Positions 40,851 to 55,603 of a stretch of DNA of 64,000 nucleotides are shown piece after piece (position 1 is the stretch's first letter; each line of letters opens with the position of its first letter). The DNA comes from the human T2T-CHM13v2.0 reference genome, Homo sapiens: assembly GCF_009914755.1 (NCBI RefSeq), contig NC_060942.1; one strand, given 5' to 3'. The notes below the pieces were generated by a model that was given only the letters and a program-made list of their open reading frames with translations, was not told the DNA's origin and searched no databases. A program made the position numbers and the translations under genes.

Positions 40851-41652
40851 TAGCACAGGTTCATGTATACATCCATATTAAAATATCAAAATAACCGACC
40901 ACTTTAATAAATATGATGCAAAACACCAGCCTGATAAAAAGTATAATAATGCAATAAGCAAAACTTTTAGAAAAAGGAACCTAAACTGAAATCACAAGGT
41001 TAAGTCTCTAGTATCTAAGAGGCAATGAGTGCAACTTAAGCAATTACAATGACACTTGACTCTCTACGCTACAGAACTAGTGTCAGGAAGGCTAAAGGAC
41101 AGATGAGATAAAGTTTTCCTAAGAATTTTATACATTTTATTAGGAAATATCATGCAAAAATAGATAAAGGGGAAAAATCAAGTCAATTATCACCCTGCCA
41201 TGATAACGTGTTACCTTAGTGTATGGGCTTCAAATGCCTAGGTAATCTTACACACAATTATAGTCACTGTTGCAAATAATATTACATTTTGCTTTATGAA
41301 TCACTATGACCAGTTTTTATATTGTTTTGTAGTATTCATAGTTGGCATTTCAAGCAATGTAATATGTATTTCCTTGGGTGTAAATTTCTTTAATCAGTCA
41401 GTCTTCTCTTGATGAAGGTCATTGGATTTTTTCCCAATATAACTCTGCCATAACTTATTTTATGTACATACCTTATTTTCTACATCGGGAAAAAAGTTTT
41501 CTAAGTGGAATTTCTTAGCTAAATGATATAAATATATATGGCTCTTAACATTTACAGTATATATTAGCAATCTTCTTTGGTTCTCAATGATAGGTCAAAT
41601 TGTGGAAATACTGACTGTATCTAATGGAGAATATTAACTGCATCTTAACTAA

Positions 41653-42088
<436 letters not shown>

Positions 42089-42189
42089 AGTTTCTTTCTT
42101 TCGTGGAACTCTTTTTAAAAATTTTAACTTTTAGGATTGTAATTACATTTATTTTTAAATCTCTTCCTACCTTTAATTTTTGTATTTTA

Positions 42190-44690
42190 ACCTTTTAAAT
42201 AAAAATTATACATATATTTAATGTGTATAATGTGATGACCTGACATAAATAGCAAACTAATTACCAGTCGAATGCATTAGCATAAACTTCTCCACATAGT
42301 TAACATGTATTTTCATAATGAGAACACCTAAGATCTACTCTAAGCAAATTTATGGTATACAACACAGTATTCTTAACTGTAGTTGTCATACTGTACTTTC
42401 AACCTTTAGAACATATTCATGCATATAAATGAAACTTTGACCAACATCTCTTCATTCCTTCCCTGCCCCCTGCCCCGGGTAACCACCTGTCTGCTCGCTG
42501 CTTCTATAAATTTGACATTTTCAGATTCTACATATGAACAGGATCACACTGCATTAGTCTTTCTGTGTCTGGCTTATTTCACTTATCATAATGTCCTCTG
42601 GGTTATTCCATGTTATCACAAATGGCAGAATTTCCTTCTTTTTAAGGCTAAATATTTCTGTGTGTGTGTGTGTGTGTGTATCTCATAACTTATCCGTTTC
42701 TGTGTGTGTATGTGTATGTCACAATTTATCCCTTTCTGTGTGTGAGTGTATCTCACAATTTATCCATTTATCCAACAATGGACACTTAGGTTGTTTTCAT
42801 ATCTTCACCATTGTGAACATGTTGCAATGAACATGGAGTGCAGGTATCTCTTTCAGATACTGATTTCATTTCACATACACACACATGCGTATATACACAA
42901 CGTGTGTATACACATATGCACATATATACATGCACCTATATGTATAGTTTGTATAAATTGCAGGATCATATGGCAGGTCTACTTTTTAATTTAAATTTTT
43001 TGGGGAACCCTCATACTGTTCTCCATAATGGATATACTAATTTAGATTCTCACCAATAGTACAAAAGGGTTTTCTTTTCTCTACATCTTCACCAGCACTA
43101 GTTATTTTCTGACTTTTTGATAATAGCCATCTTGAAAAGTGTGAGGTCATGTATCATTGTGATTACAGTTTGACTTTCTCTGATGATTAGTGATGTCGAG
43201 CACCTTTTCAAATACCTCTTGACTGTTTATATTAGTTAGATGCCTATTCACGTATTCTGCCCATTTTTTAACCAAGTTATTTTTGGGTATTTTTGCTATT
43301 GAGCTGTATGAATTTTAAAATGAATTTTAATATGAACCCTTTATAAGTTATATGGCTTGAAAAATGTTTATTTGTATCTTTAGTTTGCCTTTTCATTTTC
43401 TTTTTCTGTATAGAAGCTTTTTAGTTTTATGCAGTTCTAATTCGTTTATTTTTGATTTTGTTCCCTGTGCTTTGGGTATCATATTCAAAAATTTATTACC
43501 AAGAATAATGCCAAGGAGATTTTTCCCTAGGTTTTCTTCTAGGAGTTTACAATTTCAGATCTCATTTCTAAGTCTAATCCATTCTGAGGTTATTTTTGTG
43601 TGTGGTGCAAGATATGGATATCCAGCTATCCCAACACTACTTGTTGAAGGAACTGTCATTTGCTCATTGTATACTTTTGGTGCTCTTCTCAAAAATTAGA
43701 TGACCATATATTGATGGGTTCATTTCTGGTTCTCTATTCCATTCATATATGTGTTTGTTTTTATGCTGATGCCATATTGTTTTGTTTACTATCAATTTTT
43801 AATAAGAAGTGAAGAAGTTTGATGCCTCAAAATTTCTTTTTAAGACTACTTTGAGATCTTTTATGTTTCCAAATGTATTTTGAGCATTTTTTTCTATTTC
43901 TGTGAAAAATATCATTGGAAATTTCATAGGTATTGTATTGAATCTGCAGATAGCTTTGGGCAGTATGGATATTTAAACAATATTAATTCCTCCATTTCAT
44001 GAACATGAGCTATCTTTCTATTTAATTGTCTCTTCTTCAATTTCTTTTATCAATGTCATAGTTTTCTAAGTCCAAGTCTTTCATCTTTTTGGTTAAATTT
44101 ATTCCTAAGTATTTTATTGTTTTTGAATATGGTATTATAATTTTCTTATTGTGAGTGGGATTGTTTTTTATTTAATTTCTTTTTCAGATAGTTTGTTTTT
44201 GGTGCTAGAAACACAACTGGATTTTGCAGGTTGATTTCTTATCCAGCAACTTTACTGAATTCATTTATTAGTTTCAACAAGTTTTTGGTGGAGTCTGTAG
44301 AGATTTTTACATATTGCATCATGTCATCTAAAAACAGAGATACACTTACTTCTTTTCCAATTTAGACAGCTTTCATTTCTTTCTTTTGCCTCAGTTGCTT
44401 TTGCTAAAACTTCTAGTGCTATGTTGAATAGAAATGACGAGGGTGAGAATGCTTGTATTATAACAGATCTTGGAAGAAATTTTTTGAGTTTTCACTATTT
44501 ATCATGAGGATTTTATAAATGGCCCTTATTGTGCTTGGGCAAGTTTCTTCTGCACCTATTTTATTTAGACTTATTATCATAAACAGGTGTTGAACTTCGT
44601 CAAAGGCATTTTCTGCATCTATTGAAATTGTGTATTTTTTCCCTTTCATTCTGTTAATGTGGTATATCACATGAATTAATTCGTGTGTTG
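42190..44690 (-). mobile_element. L1MA/L1MB LINE-1, antisense, ~2.5 kb (3' UTR plus degenerate ORF2)
   Basis: gagaacacctaagatctactct, ggacacttaggttgtttt; minus-strand peptide IYHINRMKGKKYTISIDAENAFDEVQHLFMI is L1 ORF2 RT. Confidence 0.9.
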
Positions 44691-45099
44691 AAATTTTTTC
44701 CCCTGGTGCAAAATTTGTACTTACCCTTGATTTGCTTTCTCTGTGTAGTTTTTAGTAAAAATATATGCTTCTATAAATAAGAGGATGTTCAAAATACCTA
44801 GTGAATTACTTTGTGTTAAAAGATATATAAATCGGTTTGACTAGCTCCTAGTTGCTAGATGCTTATTATTCACAAACAAAACTGCATAGGATGAGATTTA
44901 GTATCTTTTATAATAATTAAAATAAAAGTTCTATTTTGAGTAAGAGGAAGAAGAATCACCTAACTTTAAGATGGCATTCATGCTTTAAGTAATCCATTGT
45001 CATCTTCATTGAACTAAGATTTATTGAGCTAGGCGCACTGTATGGTTCTAGTGGAAGAATATGGAGATAAATATTCTTGATGTAAGGGTTAAAGTCGAA

Positions 45100-45358
45100 T
45101 ACAATGATATTAAAATCTGGCTGAACTATAGTATCATTTTGGAAGATTAAAAAAATAATACTCAAGTGCCATCTCCAGAAAATTCACTGCAGTTGTTGTG
45201 GGTGGGTATTGTGCATGGGTGCTTTTAAATAGCACCAGGAATGATTCTATTAGGTTGGTGTAAAAGTAATTGCCGTTTTTGCTATTTCCATGGCAAAAAC
45301 CACAATTATTTTTGCACCAACCTGATAATATCTAGCCAAATGTCAGAACTGACAGTCT
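45100..45358. mobile_element. MER5-like DNA transposon, interrupted by MADE1
   Basis: ttttaaatagcaccaggaatgattcta[MADE1]atatctagccaaatgtcagaac. Confidence 0.45.
45250..45325. mobile_element. MADE1 (Hsmar1-derived mariner MITE) with TA TSD
   Basis: ta-ttaggttggtgtaaaagtaattgccgtttttgc...ggcaaaaaccacaattatttttgcaccaacctga-ta; long terminal inverted repeats. Confidence 0.93.
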
Positions 45359-46856
45359 AATGAAAGAGGTTGCCACAGTCAACATGCAAATAATAACTGT
45401 GGTATCCTTTGAATGCATATATTTGTGGCAAGAGATTGTACCAGTAAAATATAAAGAAAATGACTTGCTACCAAAAAGAGGTTCTTATCATGGTTTATAT
45501 CTGTTAACATTGTTATGTGCAAAATTAATTAGTGTAATACATCTTCTAGATTTGAGATAAATTCAAACAATGAAAAATAAACATGGGAAACATAAGATAC
45601 AAGATAGTATTGAGGCTCTTCAGTTCACACTCAAAATGTTAGTGTTTTGCTAAACACATTATTGGTATGGCTTTACACTTAGCAATTATCACCTTACAGT
45701 TACAGCTTAGCTAATTCTGGCTTCACATTTTAATGTCTTTTGGTGTCACAAAGGTGAAATTTTTCAAAACTCTGATATCATCGGCAATGATGAATGTGAG
45801 AGACGTTTTGTTTAAACTGACAGAACATTAATTATCTAAGTTAATATCCGGTTTTTAAACAGTTCTTTATTTAGAAGGACACAGCATCCTTTTCTAGCAC
45901 TAAATCTATTTCTGTTAAATCTCATTAATTTGCACCCTGCTGATTTTAAGATTATGAGAATAGTGATAGACTAAAATTCACTTTTATCTATGAAAAAGAT
46001 GTAGTAAGTGTTTTAGGTAAGATTAAAAAGAAATCAGAAAGAAGCCATCTGTAGGTTCACATGGGGACACAGACAGTGACAGTTTCTAATGAGATCATCA
46101 CACACCCAGGAACCGAATTGATTTGTAAAAACCAGCCGGTTCATGTAATATTTATTACTTCCTAACCTCTATATTAGGTGTTGGAATATACATGATTTCT
46201 TCCAAAGGAGAGCTTTTTAACGTTGTGAGAGATATTCAATCCTAAGTATATACAGTTGAATGTAACAAATGTCAAGATGGCGGTATTCACAGGATACAGC
46301 AGAAACAATTTGTTGTGTTTCTTTTCGTTTAAATGCTCGACAGCTATTTGGGATTATTCCTTTTAATTATTTATTGTCTGACACCCCAACTGGAGTAGAT
46401 GGGCAAGGACGGTAGCAGCCTGTGCCTCTAGCACTGCCAGCTCTGTCGTGCTGCCCAAAATGAAGACATCATAGACAAAAGTGAACACATGTCCAGCAAC
46501 CCAGTTGCAATTTATTTTTAATCTAACAATTCCAATAATTTCATTCTCCCCGGTGTGGATGATTTATACGTTATTGCTTCTTGCCATTCTTTATCTTGCT
46601 CTTGTTCTTTACTTTACCAACCATGGTCTAGCAGTTCTGCTCCTCTTCATAACTTGACTTGAAAACCCAAACCCATCAAGCGAGGCTTATTCTCAGCTAA
46701 AACTTTTCTGAGTTGTATATGAGTAGAAAATGTCCTGAGTAAAATAAAGATGTTTTAAGGACGGGTTATATGGAAAGACTTAGACCATGGTCTTTTGTTA
46801 GCTTTGCCTCCCCTGTAACTCTAGGCAGCATTTATTAGACCCATTATCCTTTAGCC

Positions 46857-47030
46857 TATATATATATATATAACACACACACACGCGTGCATGTGCACAC
46901 ACACACACATATATATGGGCCACACACATATATATCTGGGCACACACACACACATATATATGGGCCATATATATATGTGTGTATGTGTATTAGTTATATA
47001 TAAATATATATATATACACACACACAATAT
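46857..47030. repeat. (TA)/(CA) low-complexity tract with a recurring cacacatatatatgggc-like unit
   Basis: Three approximate copies of acacacatatatatgggc between 46903 and 46966. Confidence 0.8.
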
Positions 47031-47794
47031 ACTTTTTTCTTTTGAATAATGTTGGATAATCTGTTACTTCTCATTCAGTTGTATTGCTGTTCATTAATTT
47101 ACGAGTAGGTATAAAAATTATGGAAGCTACATAGACCTCATTATATTAGAAAAAATTTGCAACTACTCAGCAAAGAGCAATATTTTTTTTTCCTTCTTTT
47201 TTACCTCCTTTGTAGTGCTCTTGGTGACCAGAGTTGAATTAATCTTGGCACAGTGTCAAGTTATTTCTTGGCACATTCATTGTTCCATGCAAATACGTTC
47301 TTTTTATGTATTTATGTATCCCCTTTTATCCTCATCCCCCACTCCCATGACCTTCTGTCTAAGTGCAGCCATTTAAAGGCAGTTTTTGTGTATCTATTTG
47401 TACAGACATGTTTTTGCACAACATGTCCTTTGTTTTGTGTGTATGTATTTTAATTTATGTTTACCCTGTGGCTGGCCCCATATTGCAGGGAAATTTTCAC
47501 CCAGATTCCTAAGGGGGAAAGGTACAGGGTCTTTGTTTCACTGTTGTCTTTGAGGGTGAGAGATGGCGGGCTCTCCTGTAAAGTAGATTACATCGACAAT
47601 TGCAATGCCAAGGATCCTAAAATCCGTGCTTAGTTAAAAAAAAAAAAAATAGAAAAGCAGGAGATATTTTTAAAATAATGTCTTTCTGATCGATGACTGC
47701 AATTGAATTATGTTAGACAAGGCAAATGAAAAATACAAACTCAGTTTAGCTTTTGAAATTGTGCACAAGGTATCATATACTGGGCAAGATACAG

Positions 47795-47930
47795 AAATGG
47801 AATCAGATCTGGAGGTCAGCTCTGACAAATGCATTTCCTAGTTATGTGATCTTGGGTTCATCATTTAGCCTCAGTGGACTACACTTTTCTCATGTGTAAA
47901 GTGAATAATGATCTGTAAGATTACATAATT
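47795..47930 (+). mobile_element. MIR SINE
   Basis: ctagttatgtgatcttgggttcatcatttagcctcagtggactacacttttctcatgtgtaaagtg is the MIR core. Confidence 0.7.
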
Positions 47931-50834
47931 TTAACTATTGAAATGTATGCAGTTGAGGTAATGAAACATTTAAGAATGTAAGTAAAAAAACAGTATCTCT
48001 TAAAATATACAAAATTGCACATAATTGATTGAACTAGGATTTGGGTGGAATGTTGAGCATTTTATTAATATACAGTGTTTAGTAACCTTATATTATGTAG
48101 TGGTATTTAATACTTCAGAATTTAACAAATAATGTAATAATATAATATTTAATCTAATCTTTATTATAATCATATAAATGCTGAGTGCTACTGGTATAAT
48201 TTATTAATGTGAATAATAATATAATTATGTTCTTATCACAGTTAAGCCTTACCACAATCTTGAAATTAGGTACTGTAATTACAGGAGTTTGAGACATAAG
48301 TAAGTAAATGACATGACCATAGTTACAGCTGGGAGAGAAAGAGCTCTACCATACCAATGCCACTGTTGCAATATATATTAAAAACATATCCCCTATTTTT
48401 ATATATTATCATATTATTTGCACCATGATAATAAAACTGATAATAAATTACTCTTATTTGGAAATTAACATTTAAAGTTAAAGCATTTTATTTAGAATAT
48501 TTTCTTCCTAGTTGGATTACCAAGCATAATTTGTAAAACAGTGGTGTTACAAATTCCTGATGAACCTTTTTAACATTCAGTGATTTTTTTTCTGCTTTAA
48601 TCAATTATCTTTATGCCAAAATCATAATGGATTTCAACAGCAACTATTTGAAATAATGTTCCACTTAGGAAAAAATAGAGGACATTTTATTGTGTTTAGA
48701 GAAGTAAATTATTTCTCTAAATTTTCCTGTACAAAAAAAAATAATAATGGGAAATACGCTTTGGAGGTATTAAAGTTATGTTCAAGGACAGACTTATATC
48801 TTTAGATTTAAATGTTTTCTAACTTTCAAAAATGAAATTACATTACTAGTTACACCAGTGATATTTGAAGTCTGTCCTTTTTGAAGGTTTGTCAGGCAAG
48901 TGATTTTGTTACAAGACATTTTGGTTACCTAAAGTAGAAAGTGCAATCATTTTTGGAGGCTCCTCCAAAACAGAAGTAATGATTACTTATATTTCAACAC
49001 TCAGAGTTCTAAGGCTGTGAATTCTCAGATGAGCTATTTTATCTTACATTACAATAAAATGGAGAATTTTTGAAATTTAAAAAGATACATATGCTAGAGC
49101 TATAAGTATTTGTGCAGCTCTCCTATAGTTGAAATATCATACAATAAAATATAAACCATACATAATTAGACATATTTAAAACTTTATAATTTGATGCATT
49201 TCACACTTATTGACTCTAAAGGTAAGAGTATATGTTAGCACAAATTATCAAGAAATATTCAAAAAGAAGTTCTGTTTTTCTTTTACGTGGGATAAAAATG
49301 AGTAAATAGCTTTCTTGATTAAAGATGAATAAATGTGCCTGAATTTGTTCTTTAAAAATATATACAAATTGGGCTAATTACGTTTGAATAAACATTAACA
49401 GAATAATGATTACAGGAATGTAATGCATGTTCTCTACAGTAGAAATGTCTAAGTATTTGTTTTTTCCCACCATCACTAACTGATAATTTTAAGAAAAGTT
49501 CAATTAATATTTTTGAAATATTGTGTAAACATTATATAGTTCTTATATAGGTTTATGTCAGTATTTTAAAATAGAATATATTAGGAAGATTGATATTCTT
49601 TTAAACAACTTGCATAATCAGATCAAATAGTCATGGAAAAGGTGATTTTGTGGTGTTAATATAATTTCTCAAGGGAATAAAATAAATATAATCATGCTTT
49701 AATTTTAAAATGCTATTTAATTATTTTTTATTCTACTCATGAAGTAAATAGGTAATCTGGCTTGCAAAGAAAAGATGTCATGACCTATAAAAAAATTCTA
49801 ATCGTGTGAACAGAGAAAAAGACCCAGTAACTTAGAGGAGATTAATATAGTTATCAAACTAATATATGTACACTAATTTATTTTCTTTAATAAACAGAAT
49901 ATAATTAGACAAGATCGTTGGCAGAAATCTTAAAACTAAAACAAAAGACTACTTTAAAAAGCAAAAGGATGATGTTGCTCAGTAGGAAGTAGAATTGAGG
50001 TAACTCAATGTAGAGCTCAGAGACAAGTTTCAATGACAGACTTTGGCACCTATATTCATGCCAAGAGAGAAAATAGCTTTGGATTTAAGTGTTCAGTGCT
50101 GCTAAGGTGTGATAGTGTTGAGAACAGGTACACTACTGCATGTGCGTGTAAGCTATTTGCTTTTATAGTCATCTCCTAGAGATATAAAATTATGTTCTTA
50201 GTCTACACATTTTATTGCTCTACCAAGCAAGTCATATTTTATTTCTGGTGAAAGTTATAGATCATAAAGCACACCAAAGTTCTAATTTTTTTGTTGTTGT
50301 TGTTTCAAGAACCTGAATAGCTCCGGAAAGGGAAAAATATGATTCTGTCATTACTTGGTAACAGCACATTTGATTGGAAGAAACCACTTTTTAAGAATTG
50401 AATTAGTGCATTGAATGTCAGACTTTTATATTTCAGAGGTGATAATCATATTTTAGAGCACAACTAGAAATAATTTATCAACAGCAGAAGGACAGAGCTG
50501 AGTAAGACGGTTGAGATCCGGAACTAGTTCCACATGCTGGGGTGGAGGTAAATCAGAGCCAGTAAGACAAACCTAGATTAAAACCATTTTGGCAAGCAGT
50601 CTACAAGGGGTGCCTATGTGAGTGTGCTAAGCGTGATTCCATTGACTCCAGGAGCAGGTAGTTCTTGAAGTTTGTGCACAATCCTTGTCAAGCATCATGA
50701 AACCCTCCCTCAGTCATTTAAATGAAGTTCTAAGGCAGAACTCATTCTGCGGGGGAGAACGTGTGATTCAGCCAGGGGCTTGGGTGAAAAGGAGCTGGAA
50801 TACTCCGCAGTGTATCAAGAAGGCAGTCCAGTCT

Positions 50835-51127
50835 TGCCGGGCACGGTGGCTCACGCCTGTAATCCCAGCACTTTGGAAGGCCTTGGCGGGTGGATCACCT
50901 GAGGTCAGGAGTTCGAGACCAGCCTGACCAATACGGTGAAAACCTGTCTCTACTAAAAATACAAAAATTAGCTGGCCTATGGTGGTGCGGACCTGTAATC
51001 CCAGCTACTCAGGAGGCTGAGGCAGGAGAATCGCTTGAAGCCTGGAAGTGGAGGTTGCGGTGAGCCGGGATGACACCAATGCACTCACTCCAGCCTGAAC
51101 CCTGTCTCAAAAAAAAAAAAAAAAAAA
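50835..51127 (+). mobile_element. AluS (Sx/Sp-like), sense
   Basis: gccgggcacggtggctcacgcctgtaatcccagcac...gatcacctgaggtcaggagttcgagacc...A-tail. Confidence 0.95.
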
Positions 51128-52709
51128 CCCCAGAGAAATCCAGTGTCAAAGCTGGGCGACATCTGGTTACTAGAATGAAGCATAATACGGCATTCAGAGG
51201 CTTGGCACACAGAGAGAGGATCAACAAAAGCCCAGAGTGCTGAGCCTGGGCTCCTTAAAATCATCCTCCCTGAAGTCAGAGAAAAGCCCAAGAGAATAGA
51301 CACAGATATGTAGTAGTTCTGGGGCGGGAGAAGAAGGAGGCAGAGACTGAGAATCAGTTAAGTTCTCCAAGGTCACCCCTGTGGACCCAAACAATTATGC
51401 CATGTTTACTTTTTATGCTGGGTATTCATCTCTTATTTTGTCCCCTTTGTGTTTAGCAGAGAAAATATATCTATAGTCCCAATTTTCCAAGAACCTATGT
51501 TCCTGGAAAGGAGAATACGTTTATAAAAATAATTAACACACAAGTGTACAATATGCATGAGCACGGGGAAAGGTCTGGAAAAGTGGCCTGGGAGGATAGC
51601 ACCCAGCCTGTTGGTAAAGTTGGAAAAATGACTCAGTCTTTCTGTTCCTCCACTTCGTCCATCACGAATTGAGGGAGTAGGATTAAATGAGTCTTGATTA
51701 TCACTTCTAGTGCTATTATTTAGTATCATTCGGAGCTAATACAGTTTAAAGCCATTCTGGCTAAGATTTAAAAATGGTCGTTTTCCACAGATGTCTGTTT
51801 TGAAATGACTCCTCACAGATGTCAACCTGGGCTCACAGTGTCCTTAAAAATCGTGTACCTTCAGTAGAGGTGAACTATTGGATCCTTTACTGGAGGCAAG
51901 GCAATGGTTTAGATGACCTCGGTGGGTGATTTTCATATTCATGATCTTACGGCAACTCTGCTTCTTGACATTATTAAAACGGTTTTCCTAATAAGTCATA
52001 AAACTATCTAAAGCACATTTTCCAACTCTCTTGATTGGCATAAGGTAAGCATATATATATATACACACACATATATTTTTGTACTCAGCCAATTTGTATC
52101 CTGTCAACATGTGTACTTTCAGAAATGAAATTTTCCATATGCAACAGGCAAGATTCATTTTGATGGATTTATATGCTATGTCTAGGTGTAAATCATTTAG
52201 TGTATTAACATTTTTACTTTAAAGCTCTGACAGTTTGTTTAAAATCTTGCTTAATGTTGTTTTATGCATTATGACATCAGTGAAACTTTATTGATACATT
52301 GATGGAGAAGGTGATCCTTTTTTTTTTTAAAGTTTCAGGCAAACCAGAATTAATTTATAGGAAAACAATTTCATAGAAATATATACCTTATTTTTCCTTG
52401 AACAGTGCATACGTATGATATAGCTATGAGTGATGTTAAAAACCACTGGTGTTTAAATGATGACTGTTAAATAAAATATGTGAATTGTAGTCATACCTCC
52501 TCCATGTGAAATTCTGAATGAAAGAATATGTTGCCCTGATCTCCAGAGACAGATCCAATTGGGGAAAACAAGAATATAATGCCCTGAGCCCTTACTGTGT
52601 CCCAGGTCCTCAATGAGGCAACCATGGTGTAATAGTAATAGAATAATACCAAGAATGATGACTGCCACTTAGTAAACATTCAGATATTTGTTGAATGAAT
52701 GTATGGTCT

Positions 52710-53170
52710 CTAGTTACACAGAACTTACAATCCATTTGACAAAAAGACAAAATGAAATTATCCTGAAGTGGGTGTAGAAGCATATGGGGCAACTAAGGAC
52801 ATCTAGCTTAGTTTAGGGAGAAAGCTGCTTGGAATAAAATTAAGACACTGAGGAAGAAACTGAGAATCTAAGGATAAATAGACTTTAGCTTTTAGCCAGG
52901 GCAAGAGGAAATGAAGGGAGTAGAAAGAGCATCTGTGAAGGCTAAAATATGAATGAAAGGTTGGTAAGTTTCAAGACGGAATGATATTCAGCACAGCTGA
53001 AATGCGTCTGAATGTGGAGGTAGTTGGGAGAGAGTGTGAAAAAAGACCTGAGGCTAGAAGCACAAGGCCTTGAAAACCATGTTGGGGAATTTAAACATTA
53101 TTTGGCAGGAATAGTAAACCATGGAAATATTGTAGGAAGGACAGTGGTATGTCTGGTTACCATCACTCAT
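52710..53170 (-). mobile_element. L2 fragment
   Basis: Purine-rich antisense L2-like sequence (gagcatctgtgaaggc, ggccttgaaaaccatgttggggaattt). Confidence 0.5.
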
Positions 53171-54253
53171 GTAATGACTGTCTTCTTCCCAATGGTCCAT
53201 TTCCACTGGGCCTGGAGGTGAGGCAGATATCTTCCTTACTACTCCTAACCTATTGTCTGTTTGCAGAATATGGGCTTCTTTGACACACACACACACACAC
53301 ACAAAATTCAAAAGGAGAAGTATAATTGCATTTCCATATTTAGGTATATAATAAAGGGGGTTGTCTTATATAAAGTAGAATAACTGGTGACCTACAGTGA
53401 TGACAGTTTTTCACCAAGTTTCCTGAGTAACAGAGAAGAGTGAACAAGCAGCCCAGAATATTCTAATTGTAGTCCTCAGATAATTCCTTATTGCTCATTT
53501 ATATCATAATTCCTTCATGTGTACAGCTCTTTTTTAAAAAAAAAACTAGAATTTCCTTTCTATTACATAAATTGTTCATGGCATGTTAAGGTAAAATATT
53601 TTAAGATTTTAATTCATATTAGTTTATATTTCCTCAAATTTGGGGAAAATTGGAACTCCAAGTTTTATGCGTGATGTTTATCTCACTATATAGCTGCATA
53701 AAGTTTCACATTCATCTCTCTACATAGAATGTATTCACGTGATGGTCTAAGTATGGAGAATGAAACAAATATGTTGTAAAGAAAGAGTAATTGCCCTGTT
53801 CAACCCCCAATACCACTCAGTACTTTTTTTAGTTTATTTACCATTTTATTAATTTATATATGCATTTATAGACATGTATTATCTCTTTCATTAGTCACTG
53901 TCCAGTTTTTTATCAACAGGTCAAATGTGTCAGAACTTGTTCTCTGTTAGCAGAAGAAATCTCCAAAAATATTTACAGGTAGTATTAGAGGACTTGGACG
54001 GCAGCAATCCATGCTACCATCTTTTAAAGGACACTTTTTAATGTGGCATTCTAAATACATAAAACCTACCTTCTGCATCAGGTTGGAGGATGTGTTTCCT
54101 CATTTATATGTAAACTATATCCCATCAGGCATGTGTCAGACATGTGAGAATTTTTTTACACAGCGTCAAGAGACGTTTAGCTAAATGACTGCTAAACCAA
54201 CCATGTTATGAGCTCTTCCCAATACTCCACTGGGAAAACATTCTTTAAACAAG

Positions 54254-54400
54254 CAGTTCTCAACTCTGGAGGTCCCAGAGGATATTTTTGGAGGTTCATA
54301 AGGTCAAAACTACTTTAATAACCATTTTAAGATGTTATTTGCTTTTCATTCTATTGACTCTGTATTGATAGGTTAAAAAGGGCAGGTAAAATTGTTTAAA
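54254..54400. mobile_element. Charlie1-like hAT DNA transposon fragment
   Basis: ggttcataaggtcaaaactactttaataacc...agatgttatttgcttttc. Confidence 0.55.
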
Positions 54401-55169
54401 GTTGGTTCCAGGAACACAAATCACAGGCAATGATTATGTTCAAAGAAGAAGGAAGCAAAGAAATATGTTGAAATATACAGTACTGAAAGACTGCTTACTA
54501 TTTTCACTTCAGTTTCCATATTTATGAAATTGGGATTCTGTTTTAAGGCATGTGCTTTAAATAGCAGTTATCTGTCTATTTTATCGGCACTGAGTTTCCT
54601 TTGACTTTTCAAAATATTGCTGATTCTATAATTAGAAGTGATGTCTTGCAATTAAACCAAAAGTGTGCCAGCTTTATTCTGTTTATTATTTAGTGGAAAA
54701 AATTATTTTTTTCTTTATATTTCAATACTGCTTATTAGGTACCTCACACTTCTTTGCTGTTATTCAAAATAGCCTAACAGTGATAACAACAAACCTAAAT
54801 TGATCATAAACTTATTTTTTCCTTGAAAATATGTAACACAAAATATTTTTAAAAATTACTCTGCTATCCTAATTATTTTTAAAAATTACTGTACTATCTA
54901 CAAACCTATCCTAATGTGCCAGTTCAAATCTTTTTTCTCTAATATTTAGCAGTTCACCTATTGATATAAATCCTGATTATTTCAGATAATAGTCATCAAT
55001 ATTATACAGGAAATTAATCAAAGTGCCTTGGTGGAGAAATATCTGGAAAGATATGGCAATTGGCCTGGTTACAAAATAATGAAAATTATAGTAGACACAT
55101 GCAGGAAGATTAGAACTCAGAAGCTTAAATATAATTCAACAAATAATAAGTTGTTCATTTTTATTTTAG

Positions 55170-55603
<434 letters not shown>

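Noticed and set aside
52457-52520. ATGATGA ... CTGA arrangement resembling a C/D-box snoRNA
   Set aside because: No terminal stem or recognisable rRNA/snRNA guide; such motif pairs are common by chance in AT-rich DNA.
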